From the NCBI GenBank assembly GCA_013285655.1, contig JABDHI010000002.1, positions 9,117-73,116 of the forward strand: a stretch of DNA of 64,000 nucleotides. The letters run 5' to 3'. Numbering within the stretch: the stretch's first letter is position 1; every line of letters starts with the position of its first letter. The translations under genes were made by a program, and so were the position numbers. Source of the DNA: Bacteroidota bacterium (lineage in GTDB: Bacteria > Bacteroidota > Bacteroidia > JABEUT01). The notes beneath the pieces were generated by a model. It was not told where the DNA came from, did no database searches, and saw nothing but the letters and a program-made list of their open reading frames with translations. Below are positions 30,263 to 40,835 of the stretch, piece by piece.

Positions 30263-32322
30263 TTTGCCGGGTGCAAAAGGTCTTTTAACACGTACCTTTT
30301 ACCATTGTATGTACCGATAATAAAGGCATCTTTTAATCCTTTGTCTTTAAGTATTTCAAGTTCTTTGTGTGCTTCTTCGTAAGTAGTAAAAGACCCCGAA
30401 GTGATACGCGATGTTCCGTCAGGCAGCTTTTCTACATTGGCTTTCTTTACATACTTGGTATAGCTAAACTTCTGAGTAGAATGAAAAAGCCCAAGTTGAA
30501 TCGAGAATCGGAAACTCTTTAAGCAAAATGATGTATCCATATGTGCCACTGCGCTTCTCATAACCGATGTATCCTTCACTACGCCTTTAAAGCGCTCCAT
30601 TAACACAGATAAGCTCGGAACGCAAGAATCCTTCATAGATGATACTACTTTACTTGAAGAGTATGCTGCTACAGAAGAAGTGCTAGCAGTCGGAGTCGCA
30701 ATTACTGAAACAATAGTTGCAGTAGGCACAGTAGGCGCAGACTTAGCCAAAGTTATGTTTTGAATCAGGGTAGAATACATCGCTGTATCAGGCACATTAA
30801 TATCGATGCTGTATGTTTTATATCCATTAGCAGCAAAGCGCACAGTATAACTATGTTTTGCGGGCAAAGTAAGAGAGTATTCTCCCATAACCGAATCAGC
30901 TCCAAAAGGAGAATTATTGCCCTGTGCCTTATCAAAAAACTCTAAGCCTACTTTCAATTTTTCATGTGTAACCGAATCAGTAATAGCGCCTTTAACTATC
31001 CATTCTTTCGGCATAAAGGCAGTCAAGGTAACACGGTATATATCCAATTTGTTGTTATCTGTATTGCGGGCATAATAACCATAATACCCATTATCTGAAG
31101 TCGTAAAGTAGACATCGTCATCGGGCGTATTAATAGGATAGCCTAAGTTCTGTGGTACCGACCAATTGCCGTTATCCAGCGTAGTCATAAATATATCGTA
31201 GCCACCCATACTATTATGGCCCTTTGAACTAAAGAAAAGTGTTTTACCATCAGGGTTCATAAACACACCATCTTCATCATATGGAGTATTTATGTTGTTG
31301 CCCATATTAACGGGACTACCCCAGGTGCTGTCGTTAACCTTAGTTGAAGTATAAATATCCTTCCCTCCTATTCCTCCCGGTCTTGCACTTGCAAAGTATA
31401 TAGTCTTACCATCTGGGGAAAGACATAAAGATGACTCAGCATAGATCGAATTTATAGTATCGCTCATTGCTACAGGCAAACTCCATCCCATTTTCTCAGA
31501 ATAGCCGGTTTTATAAATATCTCCACCTCTGTTTTCTCTAAACAAATACAACGCGCTACCATCAGGGCCCAGGTAAACACCTTCATCATTCTCAACTGTA
31601 TTTACCGGAGGGTCAAGAATTTCAGCTGTATCCCAAACCCCATTTCGGTTATGCGAAATAAAAACATCCGAAGTGTACTCGCCTGTAACGGGGTTTATTT
31701 CTGTGCTCATATTACTGTGCCTGTGCGATGCAAATACTATTTCTTTTCCATCTGCACTTACTAACGGTCGAAAATCAGAATAAGGGCTGTTTATGTTATC
31801 TCCCATATTCTCCATAGTTACTTTAACAGGGCGAGCGCATAGATCCATACCACTCAGGCATTCGTTGGTGCACTTATTAATTTCATCCTTATCTTGTGCT
31901 GAAGCCGATTTAAGAGCAAGCTTATACTCCATCATGGCACTATCCCACTGACTATTGAGTTGGTATCCCCTGGCTAAAAAGAAATCTATCCTTTTAGAAA
32001 TGCTCTTATCTATTTGATGCGCCAACCTGAAATAGGTAAGGCACTTGGCTTTACTAACTGTGTTTAAATAACAAACGCCAATCTTTGCGTTAAGGTCAGC
32101 GTTGCTTGGGTTAATAGAATCAGCAGCTAAGTAAGCAATAAGCGCTGCACCATATTCACCGTTTTGAATATGCTGATTGCCTTCGTTCAGCTTTTGCATA
32201 GCGTATTTAAAACCATTGGGGTTGCCTTTAAAGTTACCCGATTTAAACTTTACATCATGTACTTGTGCAACCAAAAAAGAAGGAAATAACAGACAAAAAA
32301 ATATTTTTGAGTACTTCCTCAT
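30259..32322 (-). CDS. Secreted TPR / PD40 (TolB-like beta-propeller) repeat protein with a SPOR-like C-terminal domain
   Basis: Signal peptide. Repeated S.DG..lyFaS...gg.DIY motifs. C-terminal FSIQLGLF...SGSFTTYEEAHKELEILKDKGLKDAFII. Confidence 0.7.
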   Translation of the reverse strand: MRKYSKIFFCLLFPSFLVAQVHDVKFKSGNFKGNPNGFKYAMQKLNEGNQHIQNGEYGAALIAYLAADSINPSNADLNAKIGVCYLNTVSKAKCLTYFRLAHQIDKSISKRIDFFLARGYQLNSQWDSAMMEYKLALKSASAQDKDEINKCTNECLSGMDLCARPVKVTMENMGDNINSPYSDFRPLVSADGKEIVFASHRHSNMSTEINPVTGEYTSDVFISHNRNGVWDTAEILDPPVNTVENDEGVYLGPDGSALYLFRENRGGDIYKTGYSEKMGWSLPVAMSDTINSIYAESSLCLSPDGKTIYFASARPGGIGGKDIYTSTKVNDSTWGSPVNMGNNINTPYDEDGVFMNPDGKTLFFSSKGHNSMGGYDIFMTTLDNGNWSVPQNLGYPINTPDDDVYFTTSDNGYYGYYARNTDNNKLDIYRVTLTAFMPKEWIVKGAITDSVTHEKLKVGLEFFDKAQGNNSPFGADSVMGEYSLTLPAKHSYTVRFAANGYKTYSIDINVPDTAMYSTLIQNITLAKSAPTVPTATIVSVIATPTASTSSVAAYSSSKVVSSMKDSCVPSLSVLMERFKGVVKDTSVMRSAVAHMDTSFCLKSFRFSIQLGLFHSTQKFSYTKYVKKANVEKLPDGTSRITSGSFTTYEEAHKELEILKDKGLKDAFIIGTYNGKRYVLKDLLHPAN

Positions 32323-32352
32323 ATAGCTTATTTGTAGAACAGTGGTTAGCTA

Positions 32353-33411
32353 TTAAAACATTGATTTGCTACCCGATCCGCCAAAAGGATTTGGGTTAAT
32401 AAAACGAAGTGAAAGCTCAAACCCACCTCTACCTGACGATGCAGTAGTAAGCGGAGAAACATTAAAATCGTAACTAAACCCTAATGCAAGGCCTGCAAAT
32501 TCAATTTGTGTAAGTATTATAGCAGCGTCACCTAAGCGGTAGTAGCCGCCAATATCAATAGCAGTGCCTTTGTTAAAACCTGTGTATTTACTCTCTTGTT
32601 TTAAAGCATAACGTATTTTCATACCCATATCAAACTCGGTAGCCGGCCCTTGCATATAGTAAACTAATGCCGGTATTAAACTAACATTCGAATTAGGTAA
32701 ACCATAATCAACATAACCGTGGCCAACATAACGCATATATAACTTAGTACCGGGCCCGTTTTGTCCGTAGTATGACATGTTAGGTTCATTAACATGATAG
32801 ACAGCAGCACCAAAATTGGCTTTGAACTGATCGTTCGATGTCATATTGGTTTGACCTACACCATATGTGTAAGCCAAGCCTGCCGAAAAATCGACATACG
32901 AAAAACTATTGCCCATTGATGTTTCACCAGTTGGGGCATTGGCATCGTATGCGCCATTTACATACTGATTATCCCAGCTAAGGCCCGAAAGATTAATGCT
33001 GTGTTGCGACCAGCCTGCTTGTATGCCACCGGCCAATGAACTCTTCTCGCTTAAATATACCCCACTGGCGACAGTCAGGTTTATTTCTGTAATACCAATA
33101 CTTGCGTCACCCGATTTATCGTTATAAAATGAAAGCCCCGGAGATAAATAACCCTTGCTCCATTTCTTGGCTATGTTGTGCAGTTCAACCGTAGCTGCCA
33201 TGGTATTAAAACCGGCACCACTACCCATTACACTTGCCCATTGGCTGCGGTAGTTAACCTCTGCCATTATATCACCATTAAATACACCACACAATGCCGG
33301 GTTTAAAGTTAACGGAGATTCATAGAATTGTGAGAAATGCACATCTTGCCCTATAGCCGAAGTGCAAGACAATCCAATAATTACTAAAAAAAGCAGTGCA
33401 ATTTTCCGCAT
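32353..33411 (-). CDS. PorP/SprF family T9SS-associated outer-membrane protein
   Basis: DVHFSQFYESPLTLNPA signature. Start moved to MRKIALLFLV (ATG at 33411). Confidence 0.8.
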   Translation of the reverse strand: MRKIALLFLVIIGLSCTSAIGQDVHFSQFYESPLTLNPALCGVFNGDIMAEVNYRSQWASVMGSGAGFNTMAATVELHNIAKKWSKGYLSPGLSFYNDKSGDASIGITEINLTVASGVYLSEKSSLAGGIQAGWSQHSINLSGLSWDNQYVNGAYDANAPTGETSMGNSFSYVDFSAGLAYTYGVGQTNMTSNDQFKANFGAAVYHVNEPNMSYYGQNGPGTKLYMRYVGHGYVDYGLPNSNVSLIPALVYYMQGPATEFDMGMKIRYALKQESKYTGFNKGTAIDIGGYYRLGDAAIILTQIEFAGLALGFSYDFNVSPLTTASSGRGGFELSLRFINPNPFGGSGSKSMF

Positions 33412-33536
33412 GGGAACATAGGTAATAGAGAACAAATATAGTATCTAATCGATACATAAACAAATAGATACTCTTACTCTTCTAAATAATAAAGCAATTA
33501 AATATTTGAGTATTTTCGTCGGCTACCATTGTATTA

Positions 33537-35621
33537 ATGAAGCAGCAACTACTTTATTTAGTTCGGTATTTAAAAGCACTTATTCTAATTCTGCCATTAT
33601 TGGTTGAATTACCTGCCCATGCCCAGCAAGATTCCAGTTCTGCAATCATAGATTCTGCTGCCATTTCGAATATGACGTTGGAACAGCTGATGAAGATAAA
33701 AGAATCAGGAGTCTCGAGCGAAATGGAAAAGCTTATTAACTCACAATTGGGCGTAGCCTCTAAAAAGTCCTTATCACAACGTAAGTCACCCAGTGTTGTT
33801 ACCCTTATAACCCAGGAAGAAATTGAGAAATCGGGTGCCCGAGATTTGATAGATGTATTACGCCTTGTACCCGGAATTGATTTTGCTGTGGATGTACAGG
33901 GTAACGTAAGCATTGGCATGCGTGGCAACTGGGCCGAAGAAGGGAAAGTATTATTGCTTTTAGATGGTCAGGAAATGAACGAACTCTTATACTCGTCGCT
34001 TCAATTTGGCAATCATTTTGACGTAAGCCAGATAAAACGAATCGAAATCATTCGTGGCCCCGGTTCAGCTATATATGGTGGCTTTGCGGAATATGGTGTA
34101 ATAAGCATTATAACAAAAGACGGTGAATATCTTACTGGCATAACTGCAACAGGGAGTTACGGAGAAAGCGCCAGAGCTTTAGGCTACAGGGACCTAAGCA
34201 TATCGGTTGGTGACAAAACGAAAGACTTTAGTTACAGCATTGCAGGCTTTATTGGTCAGGCAAACCGCAGCGACAATACCTATACCGACCTTTCGGGCAA
34301 TGGTTACTCGATGATAAACAATGCGAACCTGGACCCAACTAACTTTAATGTTGGCCTACATTATAAAGGACTTAGTTTCCGGGGTATTTATGATAACTAC
34401 CAAACTACTACACGCGATAATTATGGCCCTGTTACTACACAGGCCTACCCGAACAACTTTATTTCGGAATATGCTGAGTTGAAATACGATTGGAAGTTGA
34501 GTGATAAAATAACGCTGACCCCATTATTGAATTATAAAAACCAAAAGCCCTGGAATTTTAACGGCACAGTAAATCCTGCCGATTCTTCATATACCATTTA
34601 CGATAAAACGGCCCAGCAGTATCGTGGCAGCCTTACCATGCTGTATGATGTTACAAAGAAGATAAACATTGTTGCCGGCACTGAGTTTTATTACAACTAC
34701 GCCACACTGGGTGGAATGGACACACAACTATTCAGTAATGGGAAAAATAATTTTGGCTATAGCAATGCCGCCGGTTATGCACAGGTACTATTCCGCTACC
34801 ACATAGCAAACCTTATGCTCGGGGCAAGGTATGATAACAATTCTGCATATGGATCTTCGTTTGTACCAAGGCTTGGCATAATGCGAAAAATCAACACATG
34901 GAATTTCAAACTGCTTTACAGCAATTCGTTCCGTGCACCGGGTATTGAGAATATTGATCTAAGCCTGAATGGTACTATAAAACCAGAATATACTACTGTT
35001 ATAGAATTAGAAGTAGGTAAAGAAATATCGTCGAATATGTTCTGCACGGTCAACGTTTTCGATATAACCACTAAAAACCCAATTGTGTATTATGTTGATA
35101 CATCGAAAAACGCATCAGGTAATTATGAAGGGTATTATAATTTTCCGCAACAGGGTACACGCGGTGCAGAATTCGACTATAAGATAAAAGATACCTGGGG
35201 ATATGTTGATGTAAACTATTCGTATTACACTACTGCAGGCAAAACAGTTGTACCCACTTATCAGGTACCGGCAAATAGTGATATGACACTTGGTTTTGCT
35301 GCCAATAAAGTGAATCTATCTGTTAGTTATAATGCTATGCCTGCCTTAAGTATTACCCCAACAGTTTCATGGTTTGGCAATCGTTACGGTTATGTATATG
35401 GAGATAATGGCCCTTATGTAAAAGATTTTTCACCTACTACGCTTGCAAATATTTTTATTCAGTATAAGATAGGCAGGCTGCGGGCAGGTATTGGATGCTA
35501 CAATATATTTAACGCGGATTATGTATTTATACAGCCCTATAATGGCAGCCATGCACCATTACCTAGCATGTCGAGAGAATATGAGTTAAGGATTTCTTAC
35601 AGCTTAAATTTTAAAAAGTGA
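33537..35621 (+). CDS. TonB-dependent receptor
   Basis: Plug motifs (VVTLITQEEIEKSGARDLIDVLRLVPGI, IEIIRGPGSAIYG) and a long beta-barrel. Confidence 0.85.
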   Translation: MKQQLLYLVRYLKALILILPLLVELPAHAQQDSSSAIIDSAAISNMTLEQLMKIKESGVSSEMEKLINSQLGVASKKSLSQRKSPSVVTLITQEEIEKSGARDLIDVLRLVPGIDFAVDVQGNVSIGMRGNWAEEGKVLLLLDGQEMNELLYSSLQFGNHFDVSQIKRIEIIRGPGSAIYGGFAEYGVISIITKDGEYLTGITATGSYGESARALGYRDLSISVGDKTKDFSYSIAGFIGQANRSDNTYTDLSGNGYSMINNANLDPTNFNVGLHYKGLSFRGIYDNYQTTTRDNYGPVTTQAYPNNFISEYAELKYDWKLSDKITLTPLLNYKNQKPWNFNGTVNPADSSYTIYDKTAQQYRGSLTMLYDVTKKINIVAGTEFYYNYATLGGMDTQLFSNGKNNFGYSNAAGYAQVLFRYHIANLMLGARYDNNSAYGSSFVPRLGIMRKINTWNFKLLYSNSFRAPGIENIDLSLNGTIKPEYTTVIELEVGKEISSNMFCTVNVFDITTKNPIVYYVDTSKNASGNYEGYYNFPQQGTRGAEFDYKIKDTWGYVDVNYSYYTTAGKTVVPTYQVPANSDMTLGFAANKVNLSVSYNAMPALSITPTVSWFGNRYGYVYGDNGPYVKDFSPTTLANIFIQYKIGRLRAGIGCYNIFNADYVFIQPYNGSHAPLPSMSREYELRISYSLNFKK

Positions 35622-36142
35622 GAAGAATATCCACATATATAACTGCGGTAATATTGCTCATATCCTTACATACAAGGGCTCAAACACTGAGTCCAAAAAT
35701 GGCCTCGTTATATATTTACAACTTCACACAATACATTAGCTGGCCACCTAACGATAAGTCCCCCGATTTTATTATTGGTGTATATGGCGAAACCCCGGTA
35801 ACCGATGAACTGCGCAAAGTAATGGCAGGCAAACACGTTGCCGGAAAAAACATTACAGTAACTATTATTAAAAACCTGGATGAAGCCACTCCTTGTAGTA
35901 TTTTATTTATTGCGCCTTCTGAGCTTGGGAACATAAAAAAAATAAGCGAGCAGTTTAAAGGGAAGCATATTTTATTGATATGTGATAAAGAAGGCCTCAG
36001 CAAAAGGGGCGCATCAATAAGTATGTACCTTGATGAGGATGACGACTACAAAACCAAATTCGAACTTAATAAAGAATATATAGAGTATAACGGGCTATTT
36101 ATCTCAAAGTCTTTATTATCACTTGCTTCTAAGGTATTTTAA
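35618..36142 (+). CDS. YfiR / DUF4154 family periplasmic protein
   Basis: YIYNFTQYISWP motif, signal peptide, GTG start overlapping the receptor stop (GTGA). Confidence 0.65.
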   Translation: MRRISTYITAVILLISLHTRAQTLSPKMASLYIYNFTQYISWPPNDKSPDFIIGVYGETPVTDELRKVMAGKHVAGKNITVTIIKNLDEATPCSILFIAPSELGNIKKISEQFKGKHILLICDKEGLSKRGASISMYLDEDDDYKTKFELNKEYIEYNGLFISKSLLSLASKVF

Positions 36143-36250
36143 CCGTTTTACCTTCCTTATAAATAAGCCCGCAATACTATCTTAGTCGTATTGCCGTTAT
36201 AGTGCAGTAAGAGGAGAAAATATAATAACTAAAGGGGTAAATAAATTTAC

Positions 36251-36258
36251 TACCTTTG
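36251..36258 (+). promoter_or_regulatory. Candidate -7 box TACCTTTG for bamD-rpoZ-coaBC
   Basis: Exact TAnnTTTG match ending 16 nt upstream of the bamD ATG. Confidence 0.45.
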
Positions 36259-36274
36259 CACGTCTTAAAAAAGC

Positions 36275-37093
36275 ATGATCAGGCATTTCAAACACATACT
36301 TACAGTATTAGCAGTTATAACCGGCATGTTTCTGGCATCTTGCGGAGGCGAGTTCAACCAGTTACAAAAGAGCGGTGATGCACAAGCTAAGTACGATGCA
36401 GCCCTCAGGTACTATAAATCGGCTGACTATGTTAAGGCACTTCAATTGTTTGAACAATTATTAAGTATTTACCGCGGTACCGAAAAAGCTGAAGACATTT
36501 CGTATTACTACGCTTACAGTAACTATTACGTTGGCGACTACGTTATGGCTGGGTATTACTTCAACACCTACTTCCATACCTACCCGCACACCAAACGTGC
36601 CGAGGAGTGTGAGTTTATGAAGGCTTTCTGCGAATACCTGTTATCTCCTACTTATAGTCTAGACCAGACGGATACTAAAAAAGCTATTGAAGCATTTCAA
36701 ACCTTTGTAGATGATTATCCGGCAAGTGATAAGATAAAAGAATGCAATAAATACATCGACTTACTGCGTGATAAACTGGAAAAGAAGTACTTTGAAATAG
36801 CCAGAGGATACTATGTTACAGAAAACTACCATGCCGCCAGTTATGCTTTAACCAATTACATTAAAGCCTACCCAAATAGCAAATACGACGAAGAAGCTTC
36901 GTTTTTGGTAGAAAAATGCGACTATTTATTCGCTAATAACAGTGTAGAATGGCAAAAAACTGCCCGTTTGCAGAAAGTTATCGAAGATTATCTTAAATTT
37001 GTAGACTCATACCCGAAGAGCGACTTTTTAAAACAAGCTGAGGGTTATTATAACAACGCACAGGCTCAACAGAAAAACTTATCAAAATCATAA
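36275..37093 (+). CDS. bamD: Outer-membrane protein assembly factor BamD (lipoprotein, TPR-like)
   Basis: LASCGG lipobox, YfiO-like helical repeats, conserved bamD-rpoZ-coaBC order. Confidence 0.8.
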   Translation: MIRHFKHILTVLAVITGMFLASCGGEFNQLQKSGDAQAKYDAALRYYKSADYVKALQLFEQLLSIYRGTEKAEDISYYYAYSNYYVGDYVMAGYYFNTYFHTYPHTKRAEECEFMKAFCEYLLSPTYSLDQTDTKKAIEAFQTFVDDYPASDKIKECNKYIDLLRDKLEKKYFEIARGYYVTENYHAASYALTNYIKAYPNSKYDEEASFLVEKCDYLFANNSVEWQKTARLQKVIEDYLKFVDSYPKSDFLKQAEGYYNNAQAQQKNLSKS

Positions 37094-37104
37094 TACCAAA
37101 CAAC

Positions 37105-37440
37105 ATGGACTTCAAAAAAAGCACAGCGCCAGCATCGACCATCACCAGAGACGTAAGGAAACTGGAATCTGCTACCGGTAATATTTATGAAACCATTACT
37201 ATTATTGGCAAAAGGGCTAACCAGATAAGTGCTGAAATGAAAGAAGAACTCGATGGAAAACTTGAAGAGTTTTCTTCGAAGACCGATACCTTGGAAGAAG
37301 TTTACGAGAACGTTGAACAGATAGAAATATCTAAGATGTACGAGCGTCTTCCAAAACCTGCTTCTATTGCAACCCAGGAGTTTATTGACGGTAAAGTATA
37401 TTACCGCAAGGCTGAGGACAAAAAAGAAGAAACCCTTTAA
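37105..37440 (+). CDS. rpoZ: DNA-directed RNA polymerase subunit omega
   Basis: YETITIIGKRANQIS motif, about 110 aa as in Bacteroidota. Confidence 0.8.
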   Translation: MDFKKSTAPASTITRDVRKLESATGNIYETITIIGKRANQISAEMKEELDGKLEEFSSKTDTLEEVYENVEQIEISKMYERLPKPASIATQEFIDGKVYYRKAEDKKEETL

Positions 37441-37471
37441 TCTATCGCCCTTTATTTAAGGGCAACCTGCT

Positions 37472-38674
37472 GTGTTACAGGGTAAGAAAATTGTACTGGG
37501 AGTTACCGGAAGTATTGCTGCCTATAAAGCTGCTGTACTAACCCGTTTACTTGTTAAAGCCGGTGCACAGGTTATAGTTGTTATGACACCTGCTGCTAAG
37601 GATTTTGTTGCTCCTCTCACCTTTTCTACCCTTTCCAAGCATCCCGTTTATTGCGAATTCAGTTCAGCCGATGGCACATGGAACAACCATGTAGAATTAG
37701 CTAACTGGGCCGATATGATCATTATAGCTCCTGCATCTGCCAATACCATTGCTAAAATGGCCAATGGCTTTTGCGATAACCTTTTACTGGCAACTTATTT
37801 ATCGGCTTCGTGCCCTGTTTATATTGCCCCGGCTATGGATAGAGAGATGTACATCCATCCATCTACCAAAGCTAATTTAGAGAAGCTAGGGTCCTATAAG
37901 AACATAGTTATTCCTGCAGAAGATGGCGAACTAGCCAGCGGCCTGCATGGCGAAGGCAGAATGGCCGAACCGGAACACATTATAGCGTTCCTTCAAAAAA
38001 AAAACGATAAGCAAAAGCTAGGCTTAGCAGGTAAAAAAGCTTTGGTTACCGCCGGTCCTACTTACGAGGCCATTGACCCTGTTCGCTTTATTGGCAACTT
38101 CTCATCAGGCAAAATGGGCGTAGCTATTGCTGAAGAACTTGTTAAGCGCGGTGCATCTGTTACACTTGTGCATGGCCCAATGCACATCACATCTATTAAT
38201 CCTGCTATAAAGCAGATCAGTATTACCAGTGCACAACAAATGTATGATGCTTGCATAAAAGAATTCCCTAAGGCCGATATAACGGTAATGTCGGCTGCTG
38301 TGGCCGATTTTACGCCCTTAAAAAAATCAACCACTAAGATTAAAAAGACGGATGAAGGCCTTACACTTAAGCTAGGCCATACTACTGATATATTGAGTGA
38401 GCTTGGTAAGAATAAGAAGAAAGGCCAACTGCTGATTGGTTTTGCATTGGAGACCAATGATGAACTACAAAATGCTAAGGGCAAATTAAAAAGAAAGAAC
38501 CTCGATGCCATTGTGCTCAATTCTGCACGCGATAAAGGCGCTGGCCCGGGTGGCGATACAAATAAGGTTACTATTATAGATAAGCATAATAAAACCCTTA
38601 ATTTCGAGTTAAAACCTAAGACTGAAGTAGCTAACGATATTGTTAATTATATTGCATCGTGTTTAAAAAAGTAA
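37472..38674 (+). CDS. coaBC: Bifunctional phosphopantothenoylcysteine decarboxylase / phosphopantothenate-cysteine ligase
   Basis: GKKIVLGVTGSIAAYKA...PAMD..M...GPT.E.IDPVRFI.N.SSGKMG. GTG start. Confidence 0.92.
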   Translation: MLQGKKIVLGVTGSIAAYKAAVLTRLLVKAGAQVIVVMTPAAKDFVAPLTFSTLSKHPVYCEFSSADGTWNNHVELANWADMIIIAPASANTIAKMANGFCDNLLLATYLSASCPVYIAPAMDREMYIHPSTKANLEKLGSYKNIVIPAEDGELASGLHGEGRMAEPEHIIAFLQKKNDKQKLGLAGKKALVTAGPTYEAIDPVRFIGNFSSGKMGVAIAEELVKRGASVTLVHGPMHITSINPAIKQISITSAQQMYDACIKEFPKADITVMSAAVADFTPLKKSTTKIKKTDEGLTLKLGHTTDILSELGKNKKKGQLLIGFALETNDELQNAKGKLKRKNLDAIVLNSARDKGAGPGGDTNKVTIIDKHNKTLNFELKPKTEVANDIVNYIASCLKK

Positions 38675-39573
38675 TATTCCATATTGCCCTTATATTCATC
38701 CTATCGCCTGCACTAAGTATGGCACAGGAATTGAATTGCACAGTTGATATAGTTTCTCCGCAAATACAGGATGCTGCGGCTCAGTTATTGTTTACCAACC
38801 TGAAGGGAGCAATTACCCAGTTCATGAATAACACCAAATTCACGTCTGATAATTTTGGCAACCAGGAGAAGATAGATTGTACCCTTTACTTTAACATGAC
38901 TGCTGAAAATGCACCCGGCGATTTTAATGCGACCTTACAAATACAGGCACGCAGGCCTATTTACAAGTCGTCGTATAATTCTGCCATGTTCAACTACCAG
39001 GATAACTACGTGCACATTGTTTATAATTTGAACCAGCCCATCATTTTTAACATTAACGCCTATACCGATAATCTGACCTCGCTACTCTCCTACTACGCTT
39101 ATATTATTATTGGCGATGACTACGATTCTTTTTCGCTGAATGGTGGTACTAAGTATTTACTGAATGCACAAACTATTGTAAGCAACGCGCAAAACTCAGG
39201 AGAAAAGGGCTGGAGCCCCTTAGATGGTGACCAAACCAGGTATGCGCTCATTACTAACCTACTCGATGAAACTTATTTTGCCCCACTCCGGAGGGCCATG
39301 TACCAATATCACCGCATGGGGCTTGATGTTATGTACACTTCTCCTGAAAAGGGAAGGGCACAGATAATGGAAGCCCTCAACCTTGTGCAAGAAGTGTATA
39401 ACGATAAGCCGGCTAATTTCAATATAGCACTGTTCTTTAATGCTAAGTCTACGGAAATTGCCAACATATTCTCGGAGGCTACAACCGATGAAAAAGCTGC
39501 GGTTTATACACTGCTAAGCGCAATAGACCCCACTGATATTGATAAATACAGTAAGCTAAAAGTATCCCAGTAA
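38659..39573 (+). CDS. DUF4835-family secreted protein
   Basis: Signal peptide, about 300 aa, conserved position after coaBC. GTG start overlaps coaBC by 16 nt. Family call is from memory. Confidence 0.55.
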   Translation: MFKKVIFHIALIFILSPALSMAQELNCTVDIVSPQIQDAAAQLLFTNLKGAITQFMNNTKFTSDNFGNQEKIDCTLYFNMTAENAPGDFNATLQIQARRPIYKSSYNSAMFNYQDNYVHIVYNLNQPIIFNINAYTDNLTSLLSYYAYIIIGDDYDSFSLNGGTKYLLNAQTIVSNAQNSGEKGWSPLDGDQTRYALITNLLDETYFAPLRRAMYQYHRMGLDVMYTSPEKGRAQIMEALNLVQEVYNDKPANFNIALFFNAKSTEIANIFSEATTDEKAAVYTLLSAIDPTDIDKYSKLKVSQ

Positions 39574-39574
39574 A

Positions 39575-40813
39575 TTAGTTTCTTGTTGACTTGGTAGAAA
39601 CAGCAGCTTCACTGCTACTATTATCTTCTGCCGGCAATTCTTCGTGCAACATGTTTAGCAAGTCGCGACTTTGATTGATACACCAGTTAACGTGGTTACT
39701 AAGTACTATAATGGTGTTCTTACCTTTTATATCGCGCAAAAAAGCTGCGTTAAAGCCATGCCACCATCCATCATGGTATATCAATGTGTCGCCACTAAGA
39801 ACAACCATCCTCCAGCCATAACCATAGTTATGTTGGTTAACCCAACGGCTATGTCCTGAGAATGCCTCTTTTAAAGTAGATTGTTTTAAAAGCTTATCGG
39901 TATACAAAGCCTGATCCCATTTCAATACATCATCGGTAGTAGAGTAAATACCTTTATCGCCTGTAACACCATCTAAAAAGTCGATACCTGCAGCGCGATA
40001 ATTAGCGTTATACCCTGTTACGCAATTAGGTATCACAGTATCATTCTTATCGAATATATGGGTATGGTTCATACCTAGTGGTGCAAATACTTTATAACGC
40101 AGGAACTCAGCAAATGAAACACCACTCACCTTTTCGGCAATGGCGGACAGAATACAATAATTTGTGTTGCTGTATTCGAACTTGCGGTTGGGCAGGAAAT
40201 ATTTAGGTGGATGTTTATCAATCAATAACTGAACAACCTGTTGGTTATCCATTGGTGTTTTTTGATCGGTGCAAACATTACCACACATGTACATGTAGTT
40301 TGGCAAGCCCGAACGATGCGATAATAACATACCAATGGTGATACCCTTGTAAGGAAATTCAGGATAAAACTTTTGAATAGTGTCGCTATAATCAAGCTTA
40401 CCTTGTTCTTTAAGCATCATTATAGCTACAGCAGTAAACTGTTTTGAAACAGAACCTAATTGAAATTCTGAAGAATCGCTTAATTGGTCTTTGGTCTTGT
40501 AATTCGATACACCAAAAGAACCTTTATAAAGTACTTTACCATTGTGCGCTACCAATACATTACCATTAAACTTAGCCCGCTTTGAAAGTACATTGAAGAA
40601 CGAATCAATTTTATGCGATTCGTATTGTTCAATGCTGTTTAAAGCTGTTGAATCCTTCATTTTCGGCATAGGCACCGCTATGGCCTTAGGCTGAGGTGGA
40701 CGAGTATTATGAGCTTCCGGTTTCCCCTGACTACTGGTGCTGCCTACAAATGCATAGACTATGCTAACAGCCGATATTGCGAGTGCTATAGGATAAATAT
40801 GTTTTTTTTCCAT
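39575..40813 (-). CDS. Serine hydrolase, beta-lactamase/PBP4*-like family, N-terminally anchored
   Basis: FQLGSVSKQFTA (S-x-x-K) motif. Confidence 0.8.
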   Translation of the reverse strand: MEKKHIYPIALAISAVSIVYAFVGSTSSQGKPEAHNTRPPQPKAIAVPMPKMKDSTALNSIEQYESHKIDSFFNVLSKRAKFNGNVLVAHNGKVLYKGSFGVSNYKTKDQLSDSSEFQLGSVSKQFTAVAIMMLKEQGKLDYSDTIQKFYPEFPYKGITIGMLLSHRSGLPNYMYMCGNVCTDQKTPMDNQQVVQLLIDKHPPKYFLPNRKFEYSNTNYCILSAIAEKVSGVSFAEFLRYKVFAPLGMNHTHIFDKNDTVIPNCVTGYNANYRAAGIDFLDGVTGDKGIYSTTDDVLKWDQALYTDKLLKQSTLKEAFSGHSRWVNQHNYGYGWRMVVLSGDTLIYHDGWWHGFNAAFLRDIKGKNTIIVLSNHVNWCINQSRDLLNMLHEELPAEDNSSSEAAVSTKSTRN

Positions 40814-40835
40814 AAGCCGGCTTTTCTTCTTGGGC

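Noticed and set aside
36171-36194. 7-bp hairpin GCAATAC/GTATTGC after the YfiR-like gene, as a possible terminator.
   Set aside because: It has no U-tract and a short stem, so it was not reported as a feature.
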